A DNA stretch of 46,813 nt from a virus. The notes under the pieces were generated by a model. That model was given only the letters and a program-made list of their open reading frames with translations, did not search any database and was not told where the DNA came from. Shown one piece after another: positions 14,439 to 24,700 of this stretch (its first letter is position 1; each line of letters begins with the position of its first letter). The position numbers and the translations under genes were made by a program. The stretch lies in IMG/VR virus record IMGVR_UViG_3300045988_165665, positions 1 to 46,813 of that record; one strand, 5' to 3'.

Positions 14439-14762
14439 TTACTCCTCCTCTATTTGGGGCAAATTGATAGTTTTGTTATACATTTTTTCTGCTGCACCAT
14501 TTCCTCCTAGAGCTTTATAAGATTTATATAGCAACGTTAAATTTTCTAAGTTGTAATATGCTATATGTCCTTCTCGCTGTGCTTTGTGGCAGATACTTAT
14601 AATTTGAGTTCTACACAAGCTTTTTGTAGCATCATCTCTTGCTTCTGCCCTAGCTTGGTAATCATCAAATTTTTCTTTTAGGCTTATTAATATATACTTT
14701 AATACCCCAATGTTTACCAATAACCCTAAGATTGTTCCCCAGTTCGACTCTAAAAACTCCAT
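14439..14762 (-). CDS. N-terminally anchored membrane protein (possible holin partner or lysis regulator)
   Basis: GAAGGTG RBS before ATG 14762. TM segment WGTILGLLVNIGVL. Sits in the lysis cassette. Confidence 0.5.
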   Translation of the reverse strand: MEFLESNWGTILGLLVNIGVLKYILISLKEKFDDYQARAEARDDATKSLCRTQIISICHKAQREGHIAYYNLENLTLLYKSYKALGGNGAAEKMYNKTINLPQIEEE

Positions 14763-14781
14763 TTTATTCACCTTCTTTACT

Positions 14782-16404
14782 CTAAATACCAAGTATTTTA
14801 CTAGCTACTTTTCTTGCCAATATATCATATCCTATATCATTTGGATGTAATCCATCAACATATACCGCGTTTCTAGTTGAATCTGTTCCTCCATATAAGC
14901 CTTCGTTATAAAGGTCTAAATACGGTATGCAATAATATTGACAACGATTAACTATAGCATCTCTATAATCCTTTAATGTTTTTCCTACTTTATTTTGTGA
15001 GTAATAATTTATCGGTTCTTCCCACAATGAATGAGGATGTTCCCATACTCTTATAGGAGTTAAGACTAACAATTTATTAATTAGATACTTTTCTCTTAAT
15101 CCGCCTAGTAATACATTTAAAGCACCATAAAATGTTTTTGTATCTTTAGATGTTTCTTCCCCCATTGGAACAGATAAAGAAAAATCATTGTGTCCTCCAA
15201 AAATAATTGTTAAATCTGCTTCTCCCATATTCATATATCTATTACACATTGGATTTTCATTTACATAGTCAGATATAGTTGAACCATTAACCCCATATTT
15301 TGTTATATTTTTTATATTTATATAATTTTTTAATTTATCTGCCCATGATATGCCATTATTCCTATCCCCATATGTTATACTATCTCCTAAACAATTTATC
15401 TTTAGGGCATCTTCTATTAAACCATTAGTAGTATTTTCTAATGTACCATCTATACTAACATTATTACTACCTAACCAAGCCTTTGTTTGTGTAGAATATA
15501 CACCAATAAGAATATCATTAGAAGTTATTTTATTAGAACCATTTGTACTATATTCTTCAAGTTTAATATCTCCTGTAGTATAATCAAGTAAAACATAAAA
15601 AACACTATAATCAGAATAACTAACTGTTTGTTTATTTACAATAACTTGTCCAGTATAAGAAGCCACAACACCACTTTTAGCTTCTATAATCTTATCCGTA
15701 GTGTTTATATTTATTAAATTAGTAGTCATTCCTAATATTGGAGGATTGCATAAATAAGAATAAGAAATACTCTTTTTTATTCTATTTAGTGTCCAATCAT
15801 TATTAACTTTATAAGGGATAGATAAACATACGTATTTGCTACCTATTACACCAACAAATACTGCTTTTTTATCATCAAAATATTCACTAAACAAAACACA
15901 TTTTAATGTATAACCACTTCCTGAACTATCTTTTACTATCCAAAGACCACCTCCTCTTGCTCCATCAAATGTTACTTTTGTTCCTACATTAAGGAGAAAA
16001 GTAAGTGTATTAACATATACATATATAGGCTCTCCAACCACCTCAATTATATTTTCATTTCTATCTATATTTAAATAACCAATACCGCCAGAATGGCTAA
16101 AACTAGGTCTATAGGCTATTTTATACTCGTAATCAATTGAAAAGTTATCAATCTCATTAGCTTGATAAACACCTCCACTTACCCATGCACTACCATTCCA
16201 ATAATTCCAATTTCCATTATCTGTTGTCAAATAAATTCTAGTTTTATCCGTATTTTCTGCACTCTGTAGTGTTGCTAAATTATCATAAACTCCAGCAGGG
16301 CCACCTTTATTTAATGCATCAAATTCTGCTCTTGTTATTCCCATTGGTCCTTGTGTTCCACCTAAATTTATTTTTATATTATTTACAGTTTCTATATTAC
16401 TCAT
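14782..16404 (-). CDS. Tail fibre/receptor-binding protein with C-terminal SGNH/GDSL esterase domain
   Basis: CLGDSITYG (block I), GGHNDF and DGLHPNDIGY (block V). N-terminus is fibre-like. Follows the J-like gene. Confidence 0.75.
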   Translation of the reverse strand: MSNIETVNNIKINLGGTQGPMGITRAEFDALNKGGPAGVYDNLATLQSAENTDKTRIYLTTDNGNWNYWNGSAWVSGGVYQANEIDNFSIDYEYKIAYRPSFSHSGGIGYLNIDRNENIIEVVGEPIYVYVNTLTFLLNVGTKVTFDGARGGGLWIVKDSSGSGYTLKCVLFSEYFDDKKAVFVGVIGSKYVCLSIPYKVNNDWTLNRIKKSISYSYLCNPPILGMTTNLININTTDKIIEAKSGVVASYTGQVIVNKQTVSYSDYSVFYVLLDYTTGDIKLEEYSTNGSNKITSNDILIGVYSTQTKAWLGSNNVSIDGTLENTTNGLIEDALKINCLGDSITYGDRNNGISWADKLKNYINIKNITKYGVNGSTISDYVNENPMCNRYMNMGEADLTIIFGGHNDFSLSVPMGEETSKDTKTFYGALNVLLGGLREKYLINKLLVLTPIRVWEHPHSLWEEPINYYSQNKVGKTLKDYRDAIVNRCQYYCIPYLDLYNEGLYGGTDSTRNAVYVDGLHPNDIGYDILARKVASKILGI

Positions 16405-16414
16405 TTTTTTCTCC

Positions 16415-16792
16415 TTAATTTGTTACTCTTGGACTTACATAAAAATATCCATTTAAAATTCTTTTTACATATTTGCCATTACTAGTTGGAGTATCTATCG
16501 TTATATCATATACATACTTTTCATATTCACGATTATTATCTCCACTAGTTTCTATTTTTGCCGTTTCTTCTGCTGATAAATAAACAGATATGATACCTTT
16601 CTGTGCATTTACTATTTTAGTTATTGGTGTAGCTATAACTGTATCATCTGTTGCACTTTTTCTTATTTGCATTTTCACAGCATATCCTGTTAAATCTATC
16701 ATATCTTCATCAATTTTTTCACCAAAGAGCTGAATAGTATAATAAAAAGTACTTCCTCTTTCACATGGAAAATCATAAGTTCCTGCTGGCAT
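16415..16792 (-). CDS. Small tail-tip accessory protein
   Basis: 125-aa beta-rich protein lying between the J-like and fibre genes. Confidence 0.45.
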   Translation of the reverse strand: MPAGTYDFPCERGSTFYYTIQLFGEKIDEDMIDLTGYAVKMQIRKSATDDTVIATPITKIVNAQKGIISVYLSAEETAKIETSGDNNREYEKYVYDITIDTPTSNGKYVKRILNGYFYVSPRVTN

Positions 16793-19724
16793 TTTGTATC
16801 ACTCCTTTAGCTTCATACATAATTTGCCCTTCTAATGGTTCTTGCGTTGTAATATCTATCTGTTTTACTTCAAATCCTGTCGTAGTTATATTTTTTGTAT
16901 ATGCTATACCATTTTCTGTTTGTGCTATTACAAATAAGCTTGGTACATCTTTAAATTTATTAGTAAAGTTTACTTGTTGCCAATCTGATGATGTATAATC
17001 TATTACTTTATTTTCCGTTACTGTTATATCTATATCTGTTATCGTTCCTGTTACGTTTACTACTGCTACTACACCTTTAGATACAGCACCAAGGCTATTT
17101 ACTACGCATACTTTTATATAATATGTTCCTTTATTTAAATTACTTATTCTAGCGGTTTGGAAGCTTGTTGTAGTATATAAAGTCCATACATTTCCGCCAT
17201 CTACAGAATAATAAACATTTACTTTATCTGCTCCACCTCTAGGCATTTGCCAGCTTATATTTATATCAGAACGTATATTATTATCCTGGATATATGTTTC
17301 TTCTCTTGCTGTTAAATCTTCTACTTCATAACTTGTTACTGGTACTGTGTAATCTATATCTGGCACATCTTGCGTTTCTTCATAGGTAGATTCTAAATAT
17401 TCAACTCCTGTTAAAGACACTGTTAAATCATCTTTTCTAGAAGTATCTACTATGGTAAATGGTTTGGCCATTTTATTTACTTCACCAAAAGCATATATAC
17501 AAAAATCTTCAGGAATTTCTTCAAAGGCTTCTGCTATTTCTACATAATCTGTTTCACCTTCTTTAAATACTATATTCTTAGTTATTAAAGTATCATCCAT
17601 CATTCTTACGATTATGGCATACTGCTTACCACTAACCATATTTACTAATCTATCTAACTTAATGTGGTTAGTATTGGCATATAATAATCGTCCAGATAAT
17701 CCCCATTGTGGTACATCATGACTAAGTAATACTACATCACCAACTTGACAGGCTATAGCATCTATATCTGCATCCCATGTGCAAGTACGTATTTTTTTAT
17801 TAACCCTTAATTGGTATTTACCATATTTATATGCCTGCTCATAATCTGTACAGCCATATAGTGTAACCTGTGTAGGATTTTGATATATTTCTTCATTGTC
17901 GTAATCATCACCATAAACTGTTATTACGTCTTTTTGGTAGTTTTTAGCTTTATTTATAAAAGTAATCTCTATAGCGTTTGCTCTGTCTGTTATTACGCTA
18001 TATTCCTTGCTATAACTATCTTGAAGAATATTACCAACTGTGAACATCTGTACTGGCTCACTTGGTTTATCACAAATACAGCTATATTTCGTACCTCTCA
18101 TTAAAACTTTGCCACGGCCAAAAGTTTCTGGAGTTTTTAGTGCTTCCCATAGGTCATTTACAGTATCAAAAATATGTTCAAAGTTTAATCCTAATGTATC
18201 GCAATACTCCGACCAATCAGCAAAAGCTTGATAATCTATTTGATTTGCTGGTATATTTCTTACTACATATTCAAAATTTCCTGTATGGATATTTTTTAAT
18301 TTTTTACATTGATGAAGCATATCGTAGGCTACCCAAGCAGGATTTCTAGCAGATTTTAATTCATATGCGTTTGTATTAGGATTAAATACATTTACATATT
18401 CTACTGTTTGCTTCCATCTTATGCTTATACTATTAGATAATTGGCTAGTAGCTAATGCACGTATAGAAATTAATACTTTATTTGGTCTACAAAAATCATC
18501 ATAAACGATAGAAGAAATAATAAACCAATATATCCTTGTAGCGTCCCTTGTAGTATCGCCACTCTTGTATAAACACAAACACCGCACAGTATATCTACCT
18601 TCCTGTAGATTATCTATGCGGTATTTTTTATATTTCGTAGCATTATCGTTATCTTCAATTTTTGTTAATATCCAATTTCCCCATTCTGTAGCATCTTCTT
18701 TTTTATACTGAACATAAATTACTACAGATGCATTTCCTATACTACCATTATCATTCATATGATAAAGACCATTCGGAAATTGGAATGATATTTCCAATCC
18801 TTGGGCGGAGTTTCCTTCTATTTGCTGGGTAGAATAATCACTATCTGGATATAAATTTAATTTCAATGTCTGTATTTCTGCTAATTCTTCTGAAGTTAAA
18901 GGCACATCTGCTTTTTTTCTTATAAATCCTTTTGGATTAGATACATCACCTACACCTGCTGGCTTTTCTTCTGGTACTAAAAGTTCAAATTCTAAACTTT
19001 GGTCTGCATATGTGTCATTAAAATTAGCAATTACATCTTGGTCATTTGTTCCAAGACGTGTTTCTATTTCAACATCCTCATAGTTTTCTATAGGATTATC
19101 ATTTATAGTGATATCCTCTATGCTATCTACAGGGCCTTCTCCGCCACATACTATAAGATTTAAATATTGTTGCTCACCATCACTATCTACATGTCTTGCA
19201 AGCTCTGTACCTGCCGTATACATACTTCCATAAGTAACTGGCAAACATCCACCTTGTGTATTGCTTGTCTGCTGTTCTCCCCAACCATAGGTAACAGAAT
19301 TTTGTAAATCACTCATATTAAAATCAGTTTTGGGCATTGGACATATATGGTTTATTAATATTCCGCCAATATATCCTACTGCTGCCGCTGTAAGTCCTGC
19401 TAAAAATGTTCCTCCAGCTAATCCCCATGCTGCAATACCACCAGCTGCAATACCACCTGTAACAATAGCTAATCCAATAGATAAAATAGAGCCTAGTAAT
19501 GAGCCTTTACCTACTACAGGGCATATAGCTATATAATCTATACTATCTGGAATGTAATCTGCTTCTTTCTTTTCTCCATTAACAGCATAGCAAAAATCTT
19601 TATATGGCAATCCCATTATATAAGGCTGTACATACTCACTTAATTTTTTTCCTGGAATATAGGTTAAATCTTTAACTTCTCTACCTGCTATATTAAAAGG
19701 ATTTTGTAAAATTATTAGCTTCAT
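16773..19724 (-). CDS. Fused gpI-like/gpJ-like central tail fibre (host specificity protein)
   Basis: N-terminal about 130 aa carry the Gly-rich TM segment GGIAAGGIAAWGLAGG, like lambda I. The remaining roughly 850 aa look J-like by size and position after the K-like gene. Confidence 0.75.
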   Translation of the reverse strand: MKLIILQNPFNIAGREVKDLTYIPGKKLSEYVQPYIMGLPYKDFCYAVNGEKKEADYIPDSIDYIAICPVVGKGSLLGSILSIGLAIVTGGIAAGGIAAWGLAGGTFLAGLTAAAVGYIGGILINHICPMPKTDFNMSDLQNSVTYGWGEQQTSNTQGGCLPVTYGSMYTAGTELARHVDSDGEQQYLNLIVCGGEGPVDSIEDITINDNPIENYEDVEIETRLGTNDQDVIANFNDTYADQSLEFELLVPEEKPAGVGDVSNPKGFIRKKADVPLTSEELAEIQTLKLNLYPDSDYSTQQIEGNSAQGLEISFQFPNGLYHMNDNGSIGNASVVIYVQYKKEDATEWGNWILTKIEDNDNATKYKKYRIDNLQEGRYTVRCLCLYKSGDTTRDATRIYWFIISSIVYDDFCRPNKVLISIRALATSQLSNSISIRWKQTVEYVNVFNPNTNAYELKSARNPAWVAYDMLHQCKKLKNIHTGNFEYVVRNIPANQIDYQAFADWSEYCDTLGLNFEHIFDTVNDLWEALKTPETFGRGKVLMRGTKYSCICDKPSEPVQMFTVGNILQDSYSKEYSVITDRANAIEITFINKAKNYQKDVITVYGDDYDNEEIYQNPTQVTLYGCTDYEQAYKYGKYQLRVNKKIRTCTWDADIDAIACQVGDVVLLSHDVPQWGLSGRLLYANTNHIKLDRLVNMVSGKQYAIIVRMMDDTLITKNIVFKEGETDYVEIAEAFEEIPEDFCIYAFGEVNKMAKPFTIVDTSRKDDLTVSLTGVEYLESTYEETQDVPDIDYTVPVTSYEVEDLTAREETYIQDNNIRSDINISWQMPRGGADKVNVYYSVDGGNVWTLYTTTSFQTARISNLNKGTYYIKVCVVNSLGAVSKGVVAVVNVTGTITDIDITVTENKVIDYTSSDWQQVNFTNKFKDVPSLFVIAQTENGIAYTKNITTTGFEVKQIDITTQEPLEGQIMYEAKGVIQNASRNL

Positions 19725-20125
19725 GTTTTCACCTTCTTGGGTGGCAGGTAAAATCCTTCTATTCTATTTTTCCAATTTATAGAGTCTATGCGATCGATAT
19801 TTACTCCTACTTTATCCCTAGTGTGAATAAATCTGCCATTGCCAATATAAACTCCTGTATGATTACAAAACTTAGTGCCTAGATGCATAACAACTAAACA
19901 AGGAGCTACTGGCTTTTCTATTTTTTGCCAATAGCTCCTTTGTTTATCTATAGTTTTATCTATATTTGTTATATCCTCACAGCAAATATTATAATCTGGG
20001 ATATCTTGACCATATCTTTTAAAAACTATTTTTGCCAGTCCCCAACAATCTAAACCATTTAAATCTCTACCTCTGTCTTTAAACAGTATTCCTATTAGGT
20101 CTGTAAAATTATTTATTTGATACAT
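19721..20125 (-). CDS. gpK-like NlpC/P60 tail-tip protein
   Basis: GLDCWGL catalytic Cys and HTGVYIGNGRFIHT His motifs. Synteny L-K-I/J. Confidence 0.8.
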   Translation of the reverse strand: MYQINNFTDLIGILFKDRGRDLNGLDCWGLAKIVFKRYGQDIPDYNICCEDITNIDKTIDKQRSYWQKIEKPVAPCLVVMHLGTKFCNHTGVYIGNGRFIHTRDKVGVNIDRIDSINWKNRIEGFYLPPKKVKT

Positions 20126-20723
20126 AGATACCTCCTGTACTTATAGAATATTCTCCGCCAAATCTTTTACTATTATTACGCTCTCTACAGCCTTTTAATG
20201 TATGCGGACAAGTTTCTAAATCACTTGTAGCTGCACATTCTATACCTTTATATACAAATGGACACCAATCTTTTAAAATTCGTCTAAATGGGAACCTCAT
20301 CTTCACAGGTAATGAACCACCTAGATTAAATGTTGCCCATTGTGCATCTGCTGTAGTGCTTTCTATTGTAAAAGTTTCCTCAACTTCTGCCACTGCATTT
20401 TCTAAAAAATTACTATTTATTACACGCAATATAACTTTTGTCCCTACCAATCCGCCATATTGTTCTATATATTGCTCTATTACACGTGTTATATTAGATA
20501 CTTTTATAGGAACTGTAGGTATTTCTGTTTTATTTTGTGTTACTTGGTCTACAGTAAATGGAAAAGCTGTCCATACTGCATTATTCCATGTTACATCCAC
20601 ATTATTACTACAAATCTTTATAGAATCTTGACCTTCTATAAAAATCTCTAATAACGTTATCCAACAGCTATCTGTAGCTATTTTGTTTTTTTCTATCTTA
20701 GCCGCCAAAGATAATGGAAGCAT
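20109..20723 (-). CDS. gpL-like minor tail protein
   Basis: C-terminus CPFVYKGIEC...CPHTLKGCRERNNSKRFGGE parallels the lambda gpL Cys cluster. Confidence 0.8.
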   Translation of the reverse strand: MLPLSLAAKIEKNKIATDSCWITLLEIFIEGQDSIKICSNNVDVTWNNAVWTAFPFTVDQVTQNKTEIPTVPIKVSNITRVIEQYIEQYGGLVGTKVILRVINSNFLENAVAEVEETFTIESTTADAQWATFNLGGSLPVKMRFPFRRILKDWCPFVYKGIECAATSDLETCPHTLKGCRERNNSKRFGGEYSISTGGIYVSNK

Positions 20724-20765
20724 AAACTCACCACCTTATGCTATAATTTTATAGAGGTGATATAT

Positions 20766-21284
20766 ATGAAAAAATTATTATTTTTATTCGCTTTTATTTT
20801 TATTTTATTTCCTAGCAATGTATTTGCTAAAGAATACAGTCAATTTTATGATTTTTATTGGGAGGATAGCTTACAGGATATACAAAATAAAGGTTATATA
20901 TTAACATATAATAAATATGTTCCTGAAGAAAATGCTGTTGTATATACTACATATTTTGTAAGCGATAAAAACGATCTTTTAATATTAAAAGCAAATTTAT
21001 ATTTTTGGAATAATAAACTTTATAATATTGAAGCTAGTTTTATTGATAAATTCGATGTATATACAGATAAAACTCCTTTATTTATGGAAACTTATATAGA
21101 TTTCTTTAAAACTTACGGTGAACCAAATGCTTTAAATATAAAAAATATGAAATCTTGGGAGATACCACCTTCAACAATGATTTCATTAATTATTTCAAAT
21201 GATAATCACGATTTTCATATTTTATGGGGAAATTATATTTTATTTAATCAAGCTCAAGCTGATGGAGCTAAAATAAATCAATGA
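20766..21284 (+). CDS. Secreted moron protein inserted between gpL and gpM in opposite orientation
   Basis: AGAGG RBS before ATG 20766. Sec signal MKKLLFLFAFIFILFPSNVFA. Own terminator. Confidence 0.7.
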   Translation: MKKLLFLFAFIFILFPSNVFAKEYSQFYDFYWEDSLQDIQNKGYILTYNKYVPEENAVVYTTYFVSDKNDLLILKANLYFWNNKLYNIEASFIDKFDVYTDKTPLFMETYIDFFKTYGEPNALNIKNMKSWEIPPSTMISLIISNDNHDFHILWGNYILFNQAQADGAKINQ

Positions 21285-21294
21285 TATAAAAATT

Positions 21295-21326
21295 AAAAGA
21301 CTGCTATAAAAAGCAGTCTTTTTTTA
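21295..21326. terminator. Bidirectional terminator (moron and gpM-like gene)
   Basis: agactgct/agcagtct stem flanked by an A-run and a T-run. Confidence 0.7.
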
Positions 21327-21734
21327 TACTTCTTCTATCTGTACAGAACCAGTCCATACATTCGGTAATTTTTCTTCAAAACTAAATGTATCACTTATAA
21401 ATCTTACCAAAAATTGTTTTCCTTCTAATCTTAAATCAAAATTTTTTTGCATATAAACTGTATTTTTTTGCTTTCTTTTTGGTGGATAAGTCCATAAAAA
21501 AGCATTTGCTCCGCCCAATGTTTTACGCATATAAAAATCTCTTAACATTTCATATTCTGGACGCTCTTTAGTGTTTCTTAGAGCGTCCCATTGAAGTGTC
21601 CATTTGCGTTTTAATCTAGTATATCTAGCTCTTGTTATTCTCATTCCATTTTCGGTGTCAGAGCTTATAACAGGATTATCTATTTCCTCTTTTAGCGGAT
21701 ACATTGGTGGTGATATATTAGGAAAATATAACAT
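21324..21734 (-). CDS. gpM-like minor tail protein
   Basis: GGANAFLWTYPP parallels lambda gpM GGWKSFLWTPPY. Immediately follows the tape measure gene. Confidence 0.75.
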   Translation of the reverse strand: MLYFPNISPPMYPLKEEIDNPVISSDTENGMRITRARYTRLKRKWTLQWDALRNTKERPEYEMLRDFYMRKTLGGANAFLWTYPPKRKQKNTVYMQKNFDLRLEGKQFLVRFISDTFSFEEKLPNVWTGSVQIEEV

Positions 21735-21736
21735 TT

Positions 21737-24700
21737 TTAACTCCTTCCTGCTACAGCAGATATAGCATCTTTCATTCCGCCTTTATTTTGTGTTATCGCT
21801 TGTAATACTACGTTTATTACATAATTATCTGGGCTAGAAGATTTTACTTCTTGCTTAGCTGTTACATTTTGACCAGATTGATTGATTACATTTACTGTTA
21901 CATTTGGAATAGATGTTTGAGTTACTACTTTATTAGTAGCAGTATAATCATTCAATTTGAAGTTTGGTACTATTGTTCCATCTGTATTTGGTATAAATAG
22001 TTCCTTTCCTTTTTCCCCTACGATATAAGGAGAGCCACTTTCTACTGGTCCACCACTAGCTCTAAAAGTAAAACCTGTTCCTTCAATATGAGTTAGTGTA
22101 TCTCCACCGCCACCTATACTCATGCCCATCATATTTCCAAGCCAACTAAACAATGGCTTCATGATGCTTTGTTGTACAATTTGTTTCATCACTACAGATT
22201 GTACTTCTTTAGCCATATTTTCAAAAATATCTACAAAACCATCACTAAAGCTTTCTGCCCCATTTAACATATTAGTAAAATTGTCTGTTATATTATCTTC
22301 TATGCTATCAAAAGCACTTTCTATTAGTTCTACGTAATTTGTAGTATCTCTTTGCATTTCTTTTAATGCTACTGGCCATGCTGTAAGTAAATTTTGGGAG
22401 TCTATTTCATTTATTGCCCTAGTAGTTTCATAAATTTGATTTTCTAGGTCTATTCGTTGCTGGGCTGTTAATTTTGCCCTATTTAATTCTGTCTGTAGAT
22501 ACGTTAATTTTTTATTTAAAACTTCTCTATTTAAAACATTAGTTTGTTCTACTGTATTATTTTCTAATTCAATTAAATTTTTATTATGTTCTACTTCAAG
22601 GTCATATTCTTTTAATAGATATTCCCTTACTTTATCATTTTTCTCTTTGAGAAAAAGCTCTTTTTGTTGATTGTACCATTCATCAACAGCAGCTTTTGCT
22701 ACTGCGTCATTTGGATCTTGCATTACAGCTTTTTCTCTTTCTTTGCGTTCGCTATCTAGTTTATCTAATTGTTTAGTATATTCTATGCTATAGTTTGCAA
22801 GTTTATTGCCTGTTAATTCACTATTTGTTTCTGCAATACTATCTTTTAAATCTTGCCAACTTTTTCGCCATTTTTCTATTACTTTATTTTTTTCTAAGTC
22901 TTGTAATTGTTTTATTTGTTCATTTAGTCCAGATACATCTATACCATAATTACTCATTTTTCTGGTTTGCTCTTGATATTTTTGTATTTCTTCATTTATC
23001 TTTTGCATACCTACTTGGTATTGTGTACCTGTTTCTTCTGTTAATTTACTATTTAATTCATCCTGCAATTGCTGAAAAGCTTTTAATTGTTCTGCTTTTT
23101 CTTTTGCAAATTGCGTAATATATTTATTTCCTGTACCAGATAGACCTTCACCTTTTAAATAACCCATTATCGTAGCTACATAATCTTGGGTTTCTGCAAA
23201 TGGTGGTACTCCGCCATAATCTTGTACATTTCCTGCACCAGCATTATATGCTGCTAATCCTAATTCTAGATTACCGCCAAACATATTCATCATTTTGGCT
23301 AGATATCTTGCAGAAGCAACTAAATTAGTCTGTGGATCGAATAAGTTTCCATATACACCTACTTCATTTGCAGCTGCTGTTGATATTTGACCTAATCCAA
23401 AATGTTGGCCAGATGGTGATACTGCATTTGGATTAAAAGTTGACTCTTTTTTTACTAAAGCAGCTAATATTTCAGGAGCTATTCCTGCATCTTGTGCAGC
23501 TATTTCAATCAAAGGAGCATATGCTCCTGCTTCTGATAATAATTGGCTCTTTATATCACTTTGCGAAAGTTTTTTTTCTTTTTCTTTCTTTTTCTTTTCT
23601 TCTTCATCATCTGTTGTATTAAATTTTGTTGATAATCCTTGTATTGTATCAGCAATATTTCCTACATCTTTTCCTATATCATTTATATTATCTGTAGACC
23701 ATGGTAACCATGGCTTTCCTACAGCATTTTTTTGATTTTTTTCGTTCCATTGAGTCCAATAATTATGTTCTTCCATTTCTCCTGGACTTAATAATTTCCA
23801 ACCTTTTATAAGTCCAAAAGGTCCCATTTCTATTTGTTTAGAATAAGTACCATCTGCATTTTTTCTAATTATAGTATTAGGATTATATGATTGAATTCTT
23901 CCTTGTTGCTGTATATAATCTGCTAATTGATATGTAGCATATCCAATAGCTACTGCTACACCTAACCAACCGCCAGCCAATGATAACACGGCACTACCCA
24001 ATGTTTTAACAGCACTTTTTGCTTTTCCTGCACCTGAAACAGCTGCTACAGATGAAGCTTCTGCTACTACTGCATTTTTTATATGAGCTTGTTGTGTTGC
24101 TATTACTTGCTGTGCTAACTCGAATTGCCCTGCTTTGGCAAGTTTTGCCGCTTGTACTTGCATAGCTCCTGCTTGTTCTGCACTTACACCAAGTTCCATA
24201 TATCGAACTTTAAGCATTTGTAATGTATTTGCCAGTTCTATATATCCTGCTTGTGTTGCTCTTTGCACTGCGGCATAAGTCGTTCTTTGTTGTGCCATTG
24301 CTACCATTTGGGCCCTATTGGCTTCTTGTCTTGCAGCTGTTTTTCTTGCTTCTTCTGCTACTACTGTTGTTGCAGCTTGTTGTGCCGCTAACATTTCTTC
24401 TGTATAGGTTTGTCTGGCTGATAAAGCTTGCTCTGTATATGCTGTTTTTACAGATAATACTGCTTTTCCTAATGCTGTATTTGCTGTTGTAGCTCCTGTA
24501 GCGGCTGCTGTTATATCTACATAATATGTTGATATATTTCTAAGTACATACCATGTAGCAAGCCCCAATCCTATGGATTGTATATTTTCTCCCACATATA
24601 CTAAAGCATTACCAAAAGCTGTAATTGCTGGTAAGCCTACACTAGCTATAGGAGTAAACATTTCTTTTATATTTCCGCCAATTATAAGTGATTCATTCGC

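Noticed and set aside
16985-16991. CTGATGA, the hammerhead-ribozyme core heptamer
   Set aside because: It lies inside the J-like coding region, with no flanking GAAA or stem II/III arrangement. A chance match.
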